Part shown: in pieces, positions 36,680-49,300 of the stretch | Layout: the number at the start of each line of letters is the position of its first letter | Position numbering within the stretch: position 1 is the stretch's first letter | From: Octopus sinensis | Taxonomy: Eukaryota | Assembly: GCF_006345805.1 (NCBI RefSeq) | Contig: NC_043001.1 | Coordinates: 66,836,001-66,900,000, forward strand | DNA length: 64,000 nucleotides | Reading direction: 5' to 3' | Program-made: the position numbers and the translations under genes | Notes under the pieces: model-generated | Databases searched by the model: none | What the model saw: the letters and a program-made list of their open reading frames with translations, nothing else | Told to the model about the DNA's origin: nothing

Positions 36680-36895
36680 ATTGGTTTCAAATTTTGGCAC
36701 AAAGCAAGTAATTTCAAGGAAAGGGTCAAGTCGATTAGATTGACCCCCAGTGCTCAACTGATACTTAATTTGTCACCCCAACAGGATGAAAGGCAAAGTG
36801 GATCTCAGCAGAATCTGAACTTGGGATGTAAAGATGGATGAAATGCCTCTAAGCATTTTGCCAGTATGCTAACAATTCCGTCAGCTCACTACCTT
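36680..36895 (-). mobile_element. Family A SINE
   Basis: caggatgaaaggcaaagtggatctcagcagaat... reverse complement of the family A core and head. Confidence 0.8.
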
Positions 36896-37544
36896 CAGTG
36901 CATTATTATCAATTAAGAAGTTTGTTCAGTCAAGCAATGTCACAAAACAGTTTCATGCAAATTTATGATATATTAAAAATATGTTAATTGCTGTATTTCT
37001 TGGTACTGTGTCTAGGTGTGCTCTTTCCTTGACTTACAAGCTCCCCTTGGACTATCCATATAAAAGTACACACAAACAGCTCTTGATATGAAGCTAGAAC
37101 TAAATTCTGCTTAGACAGCATAAAAGGAAATGTCTCCTCCAAGATTTAAAAAAAAATGGAAGAAATGTTACAAGGAGACTTATGAGTCAGTACAAATGTG
37201 ATAGAGTAAATGGAATATCCTGTAGGGAGAATAAACAATTACCTTGGAGATGGTTGTAAGCTGAAACAATTAGTGGGGAAGGGAGGAAAACATTCTTATT
37301 GATGTGTGTGGGTATATATAAATTATGAAAGGAAAAGAAGAGCTTCTCTTTTAAATATTTTATATTAAAAACACATTTTCATATTTTTTTCATATTTTTG
37401 TTTGACAAACTGCAAGGAACTCTTATGAAAATATGGAAAACTTTAAGTAAAGTAAAAAAAAAACAAAAGCTCAACTACTGTCATTTTTGATACAAAATAT
37501 GCCAATGATCTTTATATTTCCATCCAGTTATATGCATATGTGGG

Positions 37545-37865
37545 TTGGATAGGTGTTCTTTGCTACAACTTCCCACCACTTAACTTCCTTGGTCTTCTGC
37601 TTCAACAGGTTCCATCTATTTCATTCAGTACTTCTGAATCCAACTGCCACCCTTCTTATGCATCACCTGTTCATATCAACACAGTCTCTCTTTCACACTA
37701 CATCATTTTCCTTTTATATCAGTTTTTCACTTAGCTCATTTATGTTCCATTCATGCACACTAACATTACGCATATAACAGGGCTCAATTGTCTCATTTCC
37801 CACCAGCCTCTGCATTCAGTTCCCATGTTTTGCTATCATGCAGCATCCCACTTCATACACAAGTA
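37545..37865 (-). mobile_element. Highly decayed RTE ORF fragment
   Basis: Minus strand GMLHDSKTWELNAE... corresponds to AMLHGSETWAVTAE in the young copies. Confidence 0.55.
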
Positions 37866-39402
37866 TCATACAATCTGCTCTTCACTTAGAAAAATAATTT
37901 TTTTGCACCTCATTCTTAGAGCTGGCAATAAGACAGACCTCCAGCCTTCAAAACTATGCCAAAGCAGATACTGAAGCATAATGCAGTTCACAGACTTGTT
38001 GGATCTATCCAAAGTATCCATGCCTTCAAGGAACATGAACATTAAATGTTGATAATGATGGTTATTATCTTAATTTAACTACTTTCCTTCAGGAATGCCC
38101 ATTCTACTTCTGATTAGGTGATCTAGGTAAAAGAAGCTTTCAACATTGGTAAACCTCTTACATTTAGCTTCTCTCCTTGATAAAGTCTGCCTGAACATCT
38201 TTCTCTCTCACTACTTGTTATTGTTGCTTGCTCCCCACTGTCTTTCAATCTTTTCAAGCCAGTCCCAGGTTTTTAGTACCATACCATCATTATGTCATCT
38301 TCCAACTGGCTGGAACCTTATTCCATCCATAGATTTGGTTTGTTTTGCAGCAGGTGGACATGTAGAAACTCCACTTGCCTTCTGTGTTGCAGGTCGTTAT
38401 CTCTTCCCCTGCTTCCTCTCCTCCTCTTCCTCCTCCATGTCACCTTGTACTTTGAAATGGCCAGTGGGTCTTCCAACTCCTATACTTTTGCTCTCTAGAT
38501 TGTCTTTTGTTTTTTAGTTAATCCAACTCCTCCTTCCCTGATGTTACCAATTAATACTTTATGCTAAATGGTCCATTTTCATTCTTCATCCAAAAATGAC
38601 TTTGTTAATTGTTAGAGACATACTACCCCTATTTCTTTTTCATCTCCATTTTTATGCTGACATCAAACATCTATTTCTTCAGAAAACACAAACCTCTGAT
38701 TATAGGATAAATACAGTTTTTAAAATATTGTGTTACCTAGTTTTTAAATCTAGTCTCAAGTAGATTTGTAACTTAGGTTAGAGTTTTCAGATTCTATTAA
38801 AATATTCCATTCTGTCTACTTATCTATTTATCTACATTCCTAATTGTTTATCTGTGTGTGTGTATATGTGTTTCTCTCTTCGTCTTTTTACCTGTCTACC
38901 ACCACATTCCTCTCTCAGTCCCTGTCTATTTCCTTTTCACAAACATTAAGTTTTAGTATGCTGATGGCGACTGGAGCTGATAGGCATCATTAATAATGTA
39001 AATATCACGAATGGCTATCTCTTAATTATGTCTTTTGGCCATTAACTACAGATAGGCATCACAGATAGTTCATTACAATACATCATATACCTGGACATTC
39101 CCTCTTGCTGTCTTTGTTGCCTTTGGAATTTACTGAGATTGCGATTCTGATAGAGATGGCTGTTATTATCATAAATCTTTACTACTGTCAGTTTGAAATC
39201 CACCTCAGATTATAGCTGGGTCTCACAATAAACCTGGATTTACTTTATACCTTAGCTTAACCATCCTGCTTTGTATTATTAGTATTACTGTTGTTATTTC
39301 TGTTGTTTGGTGTTTAGAGAATCACAAAACATAGATTCTTTAATCATTTTCTATGCTTAACATGTTGGTTAACAGCTAAGCTGAGCAAATGTGTAATGTG
39401 AA

Positions 39403-39439
<37 letters not shown>

Positions 39440-40096
39440 TAGATATATCATCATTTTTATATCTGTTTTCTATGTTGGCATGGTTTGGACATTTTGACAA
39501 GATCCAATGGATCTTCTGACAAATTCTCAGTTTCAATATGGTTTCTGTAGTTAGATGCCCTTTCTAATGCTAATCACTTAACAAAATAAGTTAGGTGCTT
39601 TTTCATCTCTGACACTATTGATTAGGGGTAGAGGATAAGAGAGAGGAATGTCATTTTATGTGAGGTGTTGATGGGTGAAAGTTTGATAGAGAGGAGCAGA
39701 AACAAGTTTACTGTTGTTGAAGAGATCCATGGCAACCTCACATTTTACATAAGTGGGCAACTGGAGCGGTGTTGCAAAGTGGGGTAAAATTGGTGGTAAG
39801 CATGGAGGTAGGAAAATCAGCATGCGTGGGTAAGGTTGCAAAAGTATGAGGAGAGAGTGAGAAATGAATATAAACATGAGGTGGGAGTGGTTGATGGTAA
39901 ATATAAGTGGAAGAGTGATGGGTGGATCTTATTTAGGCAGTACAGAAATAATGGTATGAAATGGTTATATTATTGGGGGTGGGGTATAAAAACGTGCCAA
40001 AACAGACAATGGAGCCTTGTATACCCCCACCCCCGGCCTTACCAGCTCCTATCAAATCATCCAAACCATACCTGCATGGTAAACAGACATTAAATG

Positions 40097-40150
<54 letters not shown>

Positions 40151-42390
40151 GATGGATTCTCCTGTCAATTTTGATGTATGAGCATTCAGTTGTTCAGTGA
40201 ATGGAAAGCCCTACTCATTGAATTAGCATGCTAAGTGGCTGAATATTCCACTGACATGTATACCTTTAACATAATTCTCAACTAGAATCAACATGACATG
40301 GTGCAACTAGGTTGCAACTTTGAAATAATGATACAGTTCCTCTGATGAACTTATACTTAAGATTTGTATGTGTAAATACATGTGTGTGTGTGTGTAAGCA
40401 ACATGAACTTGAAGAAACCAGCCAATCACCTGATCACCTACATAAAAAGTACCTCTCTGTAAAGTAGTTGGTGCTAGGAAGGGCATCTAGCCATAAAATC
40501 CATGCCAAAACAGAGCTTGGTGCAGTCCCCTGGCTTACCAGTTCCTGTCAAAACCATAAATCCTACCAAGCTATCTTCTTATAATTGAACCCACTGGGTT
40601 CTTTCTAACCATATTTGCTTATTAGTTTTATTTATTCTGAAAGTAATTAAATTACATTTTGCTTTAGCATTTACTCAGCTTTTCACCACAACCTCTTCCT
40701 ACTGTGTGTGTGTGCGTGTGCGTGTGTGCAGCAACACCATCTCTGATAATTTTCACAATCACTAGGTTCTCTCCCTCCACCACATCATGTTGTAATATTA
40801 TTTCTGAAGTTTGTTTTCTTTATTTCCTGAATATAAACTGCTGCCATCTACCAGTCACTTGGTCACCTATTACTAATTACTGTAAACCACACTAGCTGAG
40901 AAGAACCCTCATTTTATTTTCTACAGGATGTTTCCACTCTCATCTGTTCTTCATTATTTCCATGGTTATCTGCTGTTGCTGTTGTTGTTGTTATTAACAG
41001 TATTGTTATAGATATTATTCTTGTTATTAATGTTATTTTTACCTCCTTCCCTTCTTTCATTTTGTAATTTGTTTCAAATGTGTTATATTTTTGGTCTTAT
41101 TATTCACCTCCCTTGCTTCTGCCAACTCCTACTTTACAAAATCTTTTCACTATGACTGCTTCCAGACTATTTCTCTTGTATTTTTACCTTGTCAGAATCT
41201 TTTCTTTACCACACCCTTTTTTCTCTTCACCTAATCTCTTCCTATTCTATTTAATTATCATTTATTGTTGTTGTGGTTAATTCATGTTCATATTCTTTAG
41301 TCTTTAGTTTCCATCCTTAAACATTCCAGTAACAAAGAAATAAACTAAAACTTGGTTTTATAGAAGTTTTTCAAAACATTCCTTGATCTTATTTTGGAGA
41401 ACATTTCTATAATAATATATTGCTACTTACATACTTACTATCTACATACTTGTCTGTCTGTCAAACAATATATTTATCTACCTTTCTATTTACCTCTCTG
41501 TCTATTTATGTAATTGTATAAATAACTACCTTTCTATTTAATGAACTAAGTATTTATTTTGCTATCTATGTAACTATCTTCCTGTCTATCTATCTGTTTG
41601 TCTATTTGTATATCTATCAATCTATCAGTCTGCTTGTCTACCTGTCTGCCTGTCTATCTCTGTATTTAACTACCTGTCTGCCTATCTATCCATTTGTCTA
41701 TCTACCTACTTATTTATCTGTCTACCTTTCCGTTTGTCTATCTGTCTCTCTAGCTCTCTGTCTATCTACATATAGCAATGAGAATTGGCATTATTATTTA
41801 CCTGACCATTCTTGTATTTGTCTTTCAATTTTATTTTCTGATAGTTTCCAAATTGCCTTATCTTATTATCATCAATGGCTTCCTCTTTCACCTACCCATT
41901 ATCTTCACCACTAACATCATCATTACCACCATAATTTTGTACCTACTTTACCATACAGCTATAGGTTAGATTATGCTAGTATGCTACTTTGGTTTAGAGA
42001 CTTATGTTTGTCCTGAATGTTCCATATTTTGCATAGCTTCTATGACTGAATAACCCTTCTACCCTAGAGAGACAGTCAAGTTAAAAAGACTAAAGGGTAT
42101 TCTCTGCCTTTCACTGATTCCTGTTCATTCATTTGTTGCCAGGTCAGAGATGTTGTTAGGTCAGCAACAAGACTTAAGGACAGTCCCCTTTGTCCATTTT
42201 GAAATAAACTTTCTCTCAAAGGAATTCACATGTTTTTGTTTCAGTTTTTCATTACAAACAAACTCATATTCCTAAATTTCTTTTAACCCTTTCTTTTTAT
42301 TATCTGATAATTATGAATGTCTATTTTTATCGAAACTAAACTTAAACAGTTTAATTAATGAAAACCTCTTTTTCATTTTTATTTTTTCAG

Positions 42391-44066
42391 AACTCGAACA
42401 AAGCCCCGAGTATATGAAAATGATTACTGAAGCTCAGGTGAAATTACCCTCTCCAACAACTAAATGTAGCACAGAAAACCGTCCAACTGCACGCAGTCGT
42501 CCTCAGCTCCCAAAGATTGTCAACAAAGACAGCTATCGTGACAGTTTAGAACAGGAGGATTTCTTAAACAAAGTCTCTAAATTTGAACTAATTTCCAAAG
42601 GAAAGCCGAAATCTTCAAATAGCAACGCTAAAGCTGATTCTCCTAGAACTCCTGAAATTCGTGTTGGTAATCAGCTCCATATAGGAGAGAAATTATTTCT
42701 CCGTGATACACAAACAACAAGAGTAGCAGCTAGTCTTGTTCACAACACAACTGACCGAGTGTCTAGCACTTGTAGTTCAAATAGTTCATCATCTCTGACA
42801 AGTGTTAGCAGCATTTCTTCTGATACCTCATCCTCCACTCGGGACCCATCTTCAAATTCAGTTTCAACACCATCTCCTTCCATCTCCTCTATTAGCCCAT
42901 CATATAGTAAACCTACAGACAATAATAGCATCACCGTCAGTGCCTCATCAGTTCTGAGAAATGGGACTCAGCCTGTACCAAACAATTCTTCAATGATGAA
43001 TGGAAACACGACAGCAGAAGAAGCAAAACGTAACACATTCGAAGGAATGGATTTTGATTTCAATGAACTGACGTCTAGTCAACAGGATTTGACCATTCGT
43101 CATAGAGAAATTGTGGAACAGCGCAAAAGGGAACAAGCACAAGAGGTTCTTGAGAGGCAACGGTTGGAGGAAATTCTAAGCATGTGTGCTGAATATGAAC
43201 AGGAGCTTGAACGGGAGAAACAAAACTCTGGAGATATCAACCAAAATCCATTTCCATTCCAAGTAAACAAGTTTTCTTCAAACAATAATACAACTCCACA
43301 GTTTTCAAAGAGCAATCCATTATTTTCTACTCACAGCACCTCACAGCCAACCACAAGAAATATCAAGCCACCTTCACTTTTAGAAATAAATTTGGATTTA
43401 TTAACTGCTAATGACAAAAAAGATAAAACTGACTTCCGAAGTTCCATGAATAAAATAAAAACTAATGGATCATTAACGCGCCTCTCATCACCTGGAAATA
43501 CACCAAAAGATGGCATATTTGGATTACAAAACAGAAGAGCTGGATCAAGTTCATCCAATTCCGAAGAAGAGCTTTATGCCAGCTCAGAGGATACTGGTAC
43601 TATAAAACGGCGCCCTGTCATTGATTCCAATGCCTCAGCTTCCAAATCTGTTGAAGAGAAAGACACCACAGATGGGGAAGCTGTTCATGAAGTAGCAATT
43701 GGCCTACTAACATCAAGTATCAACAATTGTCAGGTAACTTCCTTTGACAAACAAACTGATCAGGTAAAGCACTGTGAGTCGCATATGGTACATTCTGAAG
43801 AATTATCTGGAAAGGAGATGTCAATGAGTACAAATGGATATTCTTGGCACAATGATGAATCTAGTTCTTCAACATCATCGACAGGTACTATCAAAGAACA
43901 GTCCCCATGTCGTTCTGTGACAGATAGTAAATCTGTGAGTAGTGGAGGTCGAACTCCAGTTAACAGTGACAGTGAGCATAGTCTAAGTCCCACCAAATCA
44001 GTCGACAGACCACCATCTTCCAGCGGTGTAGAAACATCAAGTGAGAACAGTTTAGTTAACATAGAG
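42391..44066 (+). CDS. PHLDB: Large coding exon of a pleckstrin homology-like domain family B (LL5) gene; no other exon identified in the window
   Basis: Acceptor ttttattttttcag|A at 42390/42391 and donor GAG|gtaagt at 44066/44067. Open frame across 1676 bp (phase 1 in, phase 0 out), Ser-rich. Contains QDLTIRHREIVEQRKREQAQEVLERQRLEEILSMCAEYE, matching the ERQRLETIL(N/S)LCAEY signature I recall from vertebrate PHLDB1/2. Confidence 0.85.
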
Positions 44067-44619
44067 GTAAGTAGGATGCTATATTTATAAATAACAAATC
44101 ATTGTGTGTTCCATAAAAGTTTGGCTGAATCATATAGATATATATATATGCATTCCCAATGATGTATGTCTGTGGGTTCTACCCCAGATGTATCAACAAT
44201 AAAATGTTTTTTGCACCCTACCCCAGCAAACCAAATTACATCTCTCTTCTTCCTCACATTTCTTCTTTTTATGCACTATGCTGATGGTTACCTCTTGCTC
44301 CCCAATCCTATCCTCACTGTCCTGCTCACTGTATCATTGCTATCTTGTTGTCCCCCACCACCTCTATATGCCCAGATTTTACCAGTCACTGCATACCTCA
44401 CCCCCACACTCTTTGCATTCATGTGAAGTCTCTACTTCCTATTCATGCACCTTGGCAATATCCTACCATTTATATTCTGACCCCATATCTTTTGGGTATG
44501 CCCTTCCACTTTGCCACCACTTATCTTTCCCATTTATATTTTGATCCCAGTTCTTTGTGAACATGCCCTGGCACTCACCACCATCTCTCTCCTGCTTTCT
44601 TGAACTCTTACTCTTTTCC

Positions 44620-45092
44620 ACTTTCCTTCTTTTTCTTACTGTCCCCGCTCTCTTTCTCACACACACACACACCAGGTAACCATGTATCTCCTCTACAGCA
44701 TGGCACCTGTTTCTGTCTCTCTAGCACATGATCACCTCTTCCAATACCCCATCCCCTCTCAAAGGATCTTTGTCTTTCAAGTTACTTAGTGACCCTGCCA
44801 GTGTTGGTGCCACATAAAAAGCATCCAGCCCACATTGTAAAGTGGTTGACATTTGGAAGGGCATCATCCAACTGTAAAAAAAATCCATGCCAAAACTTAC
44901 CTCACCTGTGCTGGTGCCACATAAAAAGCATTCAGTCCACTCTGCAGAGTGGTTGGTGTCAGGAAGGGTGTCCAGCCATAAAAACCATGCCAAAACTAAC
45001 AGAGAAGCATGGTGCAGTCATCTGCCTAGCCAGTTCCTGTCAAACTGTCCAACCCATGCCAGCATGGAAAGTGAACATTAAAGGATGATGAT
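44620..45092 (+). mobile_element. Non-autonomous element with an RTE-type 3' tail and ~107-bp tandem duplication
   Basis: gtg(t/c)tggtgccacataaaaagcat...ccatgccaaaact occurs at about 44800 and 44908; ends ccatgccagcatggaaagtgaacattaaaggatgatg. Confidence 0.7.
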
Positions 45093-45416
45093 AATAATAT
45101 AAATATACAGAATATGAAACAAATCAAGAGGTATGAGATGAATATATTTATTTCACCAGTTGATATCCATAGGATGACAGCCATTTCACAGCCAACATCA
45201 TGCAAAAATTATTTTAGTATATATTTTACATGCCGACACTAGTGTGTATGTTATGAATTGGATAGTACTATTGTACATCCAACAGCACAGGACTCTACAT
45301 CACACTCCTACATATTGGTTTACTATGTGGTTTATTGCCCAGTTCACTAAAGGAGATTTTTTGTGATTACCACCAATTATATAAATCCATATATTGTGCA
45401 TTAAATATATATATTT

Positions 45417-45491
<75 letters not shown>

Positions 45492-45494
45492 CCT

Positions 45495-45875
45495 CTACAT
45501 TTTTATGCTTGCATGGATTAGAAAAGACTGCATGGAGGCAGAATCTTCTATGGCTGGTTGCTCTTCCTACACCAACCCTCATCTTTTTTCAAGCAAGGGA
45601 AAAATTCCCTGTTTCTGTTGAATAATGAACATCTTAGACATTGCAAACAAATGATACCATTTGTATGAATGTTGGGCCCTTGATTACAATCAGCAGACTC
45701 TTATCCAGACAAGAGGAATGTGTGCTCATACATATACATACATATATGTGTACACACACACACACACACACACACTTATATGATGGGCTTCTTCCAGTTT
45801 CCATCTCCCAAATTTCCCTAACAAGGGATTGGAGAATACTAGCCAATGGTGTCTACACAGTGGGACTGAATCCTT
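45495..45875 (-). mobile_element. Family B-headed SINE with RTE-like tail
   Basis: Reverse complement of the 34093/45985 type (gggcttcttccagtttccatc; ctatggctggttgctcttcctacaccaacc). Confidence 0.68.
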
Positions 45876-45984
45876 AACTGTGTTCTGAAAGGAACTTATT
45901 AACAGACATATCTATACCCTAATATGTCTGTGTATGTGTGTGCATGCTTATTTATCCATATATATGTATGTGGCTGTGTAACTA

Positions 45985-46350
45985 TAGGCATGGCTATATG
46001 GTTTAAGAGCTTGTTTCCCAACCATGTGATTTTGAGTTCAGTCCCACTGCATGGAATCTTAGACAAGTGAGTTCTAATATTGCCCTAGATGCACCAAAGT
46101 TTTGTGGGTGGATTTAGCAGACAGGAACTGAAAAAAGCTCATTGTATAAGAGTGAATGTGTGTGTCCTTGTCTTGATCTCATGTAAGGTTACCTTGACAA
46201 GTGTCACTATCATACAAGTAATGTGGTTTGTTTCCAGTTTTCTGTGGGAAACATGTCTCAATTACCTTGCTTGGAAACGGGTGAGGGTTAGTGACAGAAA
46301 GGGCACACAACCATAGAAAATCCACTTCAACAAATTACTTCTAGCCCATG
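45985..46350 (+). mobile_element. Family B-headed SINE with RTE-like tail
   Basis: ggcatggctatatggtttaagagcttgtttcccaacc head, body colinear with 34093, tail gaaagggcacacaaccatagaaaa. Confidence 0.78.
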
Positions 46351-49300
46351 CATATGTAGGGAAAATAGGCCCTCACTATGAATTTTTGAAAATATTTAAA
46401 TCTGACTTCTACCATACTTTTTCTCGGAGGGCATTCAAAAAGAAACATTTTGATACCTCATTTGTGAAATTTAGATGAATATTTTAGGAAATATGACAAT
46501 TTGAATGGCCAGCTAATTGGTTGAAATCTTGCCTAATTGGCCAAAATGAATAATTAGCCATAGTTGTGATGTCATCTATGAAACTGGTGATGATCATCTT
46601 CAAATTACACAAATTAAGTGCCCATGGGATAGCAGTTGCCTATTTCTTTTTCAAAATGAAACTTATTTTTGGCAATGTTTTAATAAATATTTATGTTGCA
46701 TATAACAAAGTCAATTTTGCAATGTTTCCAGTCTTAACTAAATCCAAAAGTACAAGTCACAGGGACTTGAGTTTTGACTCATTTGTAGTAGATATAGAAC
46801 CAAATAAATCCTGAGATTTTGGCCTTGATACCATTTCAATTAAATTTTAATGGACTACCATTAAATTTTAATGGTGTGTTGGATCAGGATGCCAACATAA
46901 GTTAAACTTTCTGTTTCAATGGAGATTCTTGTAATTTTTTTTTCACCATGGCCTTGGAAATGAAGTGGGGAAGCATTTTATGAAAAAACTTTTTGAAAAA
47001 TTATTATTAATTTTATATGTTAATCTTATACAAACAGCCAGGTTGTACCCATTTTATTGACTTTATGCTTTTTCGATATCTCATTGCCAGATTTGGAAAT
47101 GGCCTTATTGCATTTTTGAGAAATTTTTTTCCTATGGTACAAAAATCTTGTAGAAAATACGTTGTTTTCTAAGTGAAAATTAACAATAAAATGTATCCAT
47201 ATACATGTATGATTGAGGGAACCTGGCATGATGTGTAAGTGTCAGATTTTGATCAAAACTATATAAGAAGAAAGTTCACATTCAGAACTTTCAAATGATA
47301 TATATTTTGACATGAAAATGATCAAGCAAAAGTGGGCTTTTGCATAGTCAAACTGTGCATGTCTCTCTTCAAGGAAGCTCTATAGTGATACATTAAGATG
47401 ATGATGATGGTAATGGTTCCTTAGATCGAAGAATTTGAGATAAATGACTTGTTGAGACTGTACCATACTTTCCTATTCCAAGTTCAGTTAAGATGTGTAG
47501 TACAAAAATACTTCAATCACTGGAATCTTTACAATGTCATTCTTTGATATTGAACCTGATTTTGTTCCTTCCTCTACCTCACACCCAAGAAATATTGATT
47601 TTCCCAGAGAAAGCCTATTTAGGACGTGATTTTGTCATCATCAGAGAATTAAGGATAATACAATTTGGACTTTATTAATGTTGAATGATGTTGAAAATGA
47701 AACATTAAGCTGTAAAGTAATTGCATGTTTAAAGCTGTCAAATATAGGGATTTAATATTCATTAAAGTAACTGAATAATTCTTCATTCCACTCCATTGTA
47801 ATGTTGATTTTGTCTGTTTGATGAGGAATGGTAAGGAGTAATTCTAATCTTATGGATATCCTATCTGCTTAAATAATCTGTACTTTTGAATTTAGTGCTA
47901 CAGTCACTGTAAACAATGTTTGGAGCACTGAATAGTATCCCTGGAGAGTTACTTTTCCTTGAGCAGATACTAAAGAGTAATGCCTAAATTATTGACTACT
48001 GTCAAAATTTAACAGCAATTGGATTTAGTTCTACAAGATCAAATGTTGGTCGCTGCCAAGGTTTTGTTGTTCAAATAAGTTGGCCTTTTGGAATTATGAC
48101 GAAACTGGCTTCAGTGTTGCACATTTATCAAGTGATTTTTATCTGTAAGGTATTATGACAATTGTTTCATATAAGCAATTTTATCTCCCTAACTAGGTCG
48201 TTTCATTTCTTCATTTATTTTGTTTGTTATATCTAATTATTAACATCAATTCTCTTTAGCAATTGCAAACATTCTATTCAAGGCATCTACAGTAAAATTC
48301 TCTCTTCTTTGACTGTAGAGAGCTATAGTTTCTAATAAATATGTTTAGTAGCAGATTTTTGTTGATTAGGAGACGATAGGGCCAACCAGCTGAAATGTCG
48401 AATGACAAATAAGATTGTATTAGTTCATTCAATTTCCTACAAGAATAGGGTAAAGTAATTACTTAATTTTTTATAATTACTTTTTGAAAAATAAGTGCAT
48501 GCCCTCTGTAGGGCTTCTGAAAAGGATTCCATCTTTTTGGCACTGAAACTCCAAATGAGGCTCCAAAAGGTTAAATAAGAAACCTATTGTTTATTGATCT
48601 GTAAGAAGTGTGATTCTTTTTTGTGCTGGTAGCCATTTATAGGAATCTTTTCAAGTGATTTGATATTGCAAGGACTCTTGTCTCTGTAGTGCATCATTTC
48701 TATTTGATATTACTAAATCTATGAAAATATATACAAAACTAGCTGTTCAGTTTTAATTAGAACAGAATTTACTAATGACACAAATATCAAGATGTCAGAA
48801 TTGACTACAAAACAACTGAAAAAGTTTTCAATTACTAAACTCCATCAATATATAATGTTGATATTGCTTAGCTTCAAAGGTACTAACATTATAGCAATAT
48901 TCTTTTACCCATTTTGAATAATTTTTTGTAATAATATACAATGAAATACTCAAATTCCTTGAAATTTCCAGTCATGAGAATCCCAAGTAGTGGCCACACT
49001 CTATTATGGATTAGCATCATCTTACCTAATTGAATTTACTTCTTTTGTTCTTTTTAGAGTCGAATAACTGTCCTACCTTGAATAATTATTAATAACAAAA
49101 TAAGTCAACACTTTATTATAACTTTGTGATGACTAGTTTACTATTATTCAGTCAGTGGTTAGCATTGTTAATACTTAGAGTATCTGAGCCCATTTTTGTT
49201 AAAATGTGATAGTATGTGATATTTTGGATTCTCTTGTGATCTGGTAACAGATACTTGTGCATGATTAAAGACTACTCAAACTCATGATTCTAAGGCTTGT

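Noticed and set aside
46370-47250. Possible non-autonomous DNA transposon relic
   Set aside because: Composition suggests it, but I could not identify TIRs, a target-site duplication or coding similarity.
48361-48420. Hammerhead-like ttgattag...gctgaaatgtcg
   Set aside because: Core deviates from CUGANGA at two positions and no convincing stems form.
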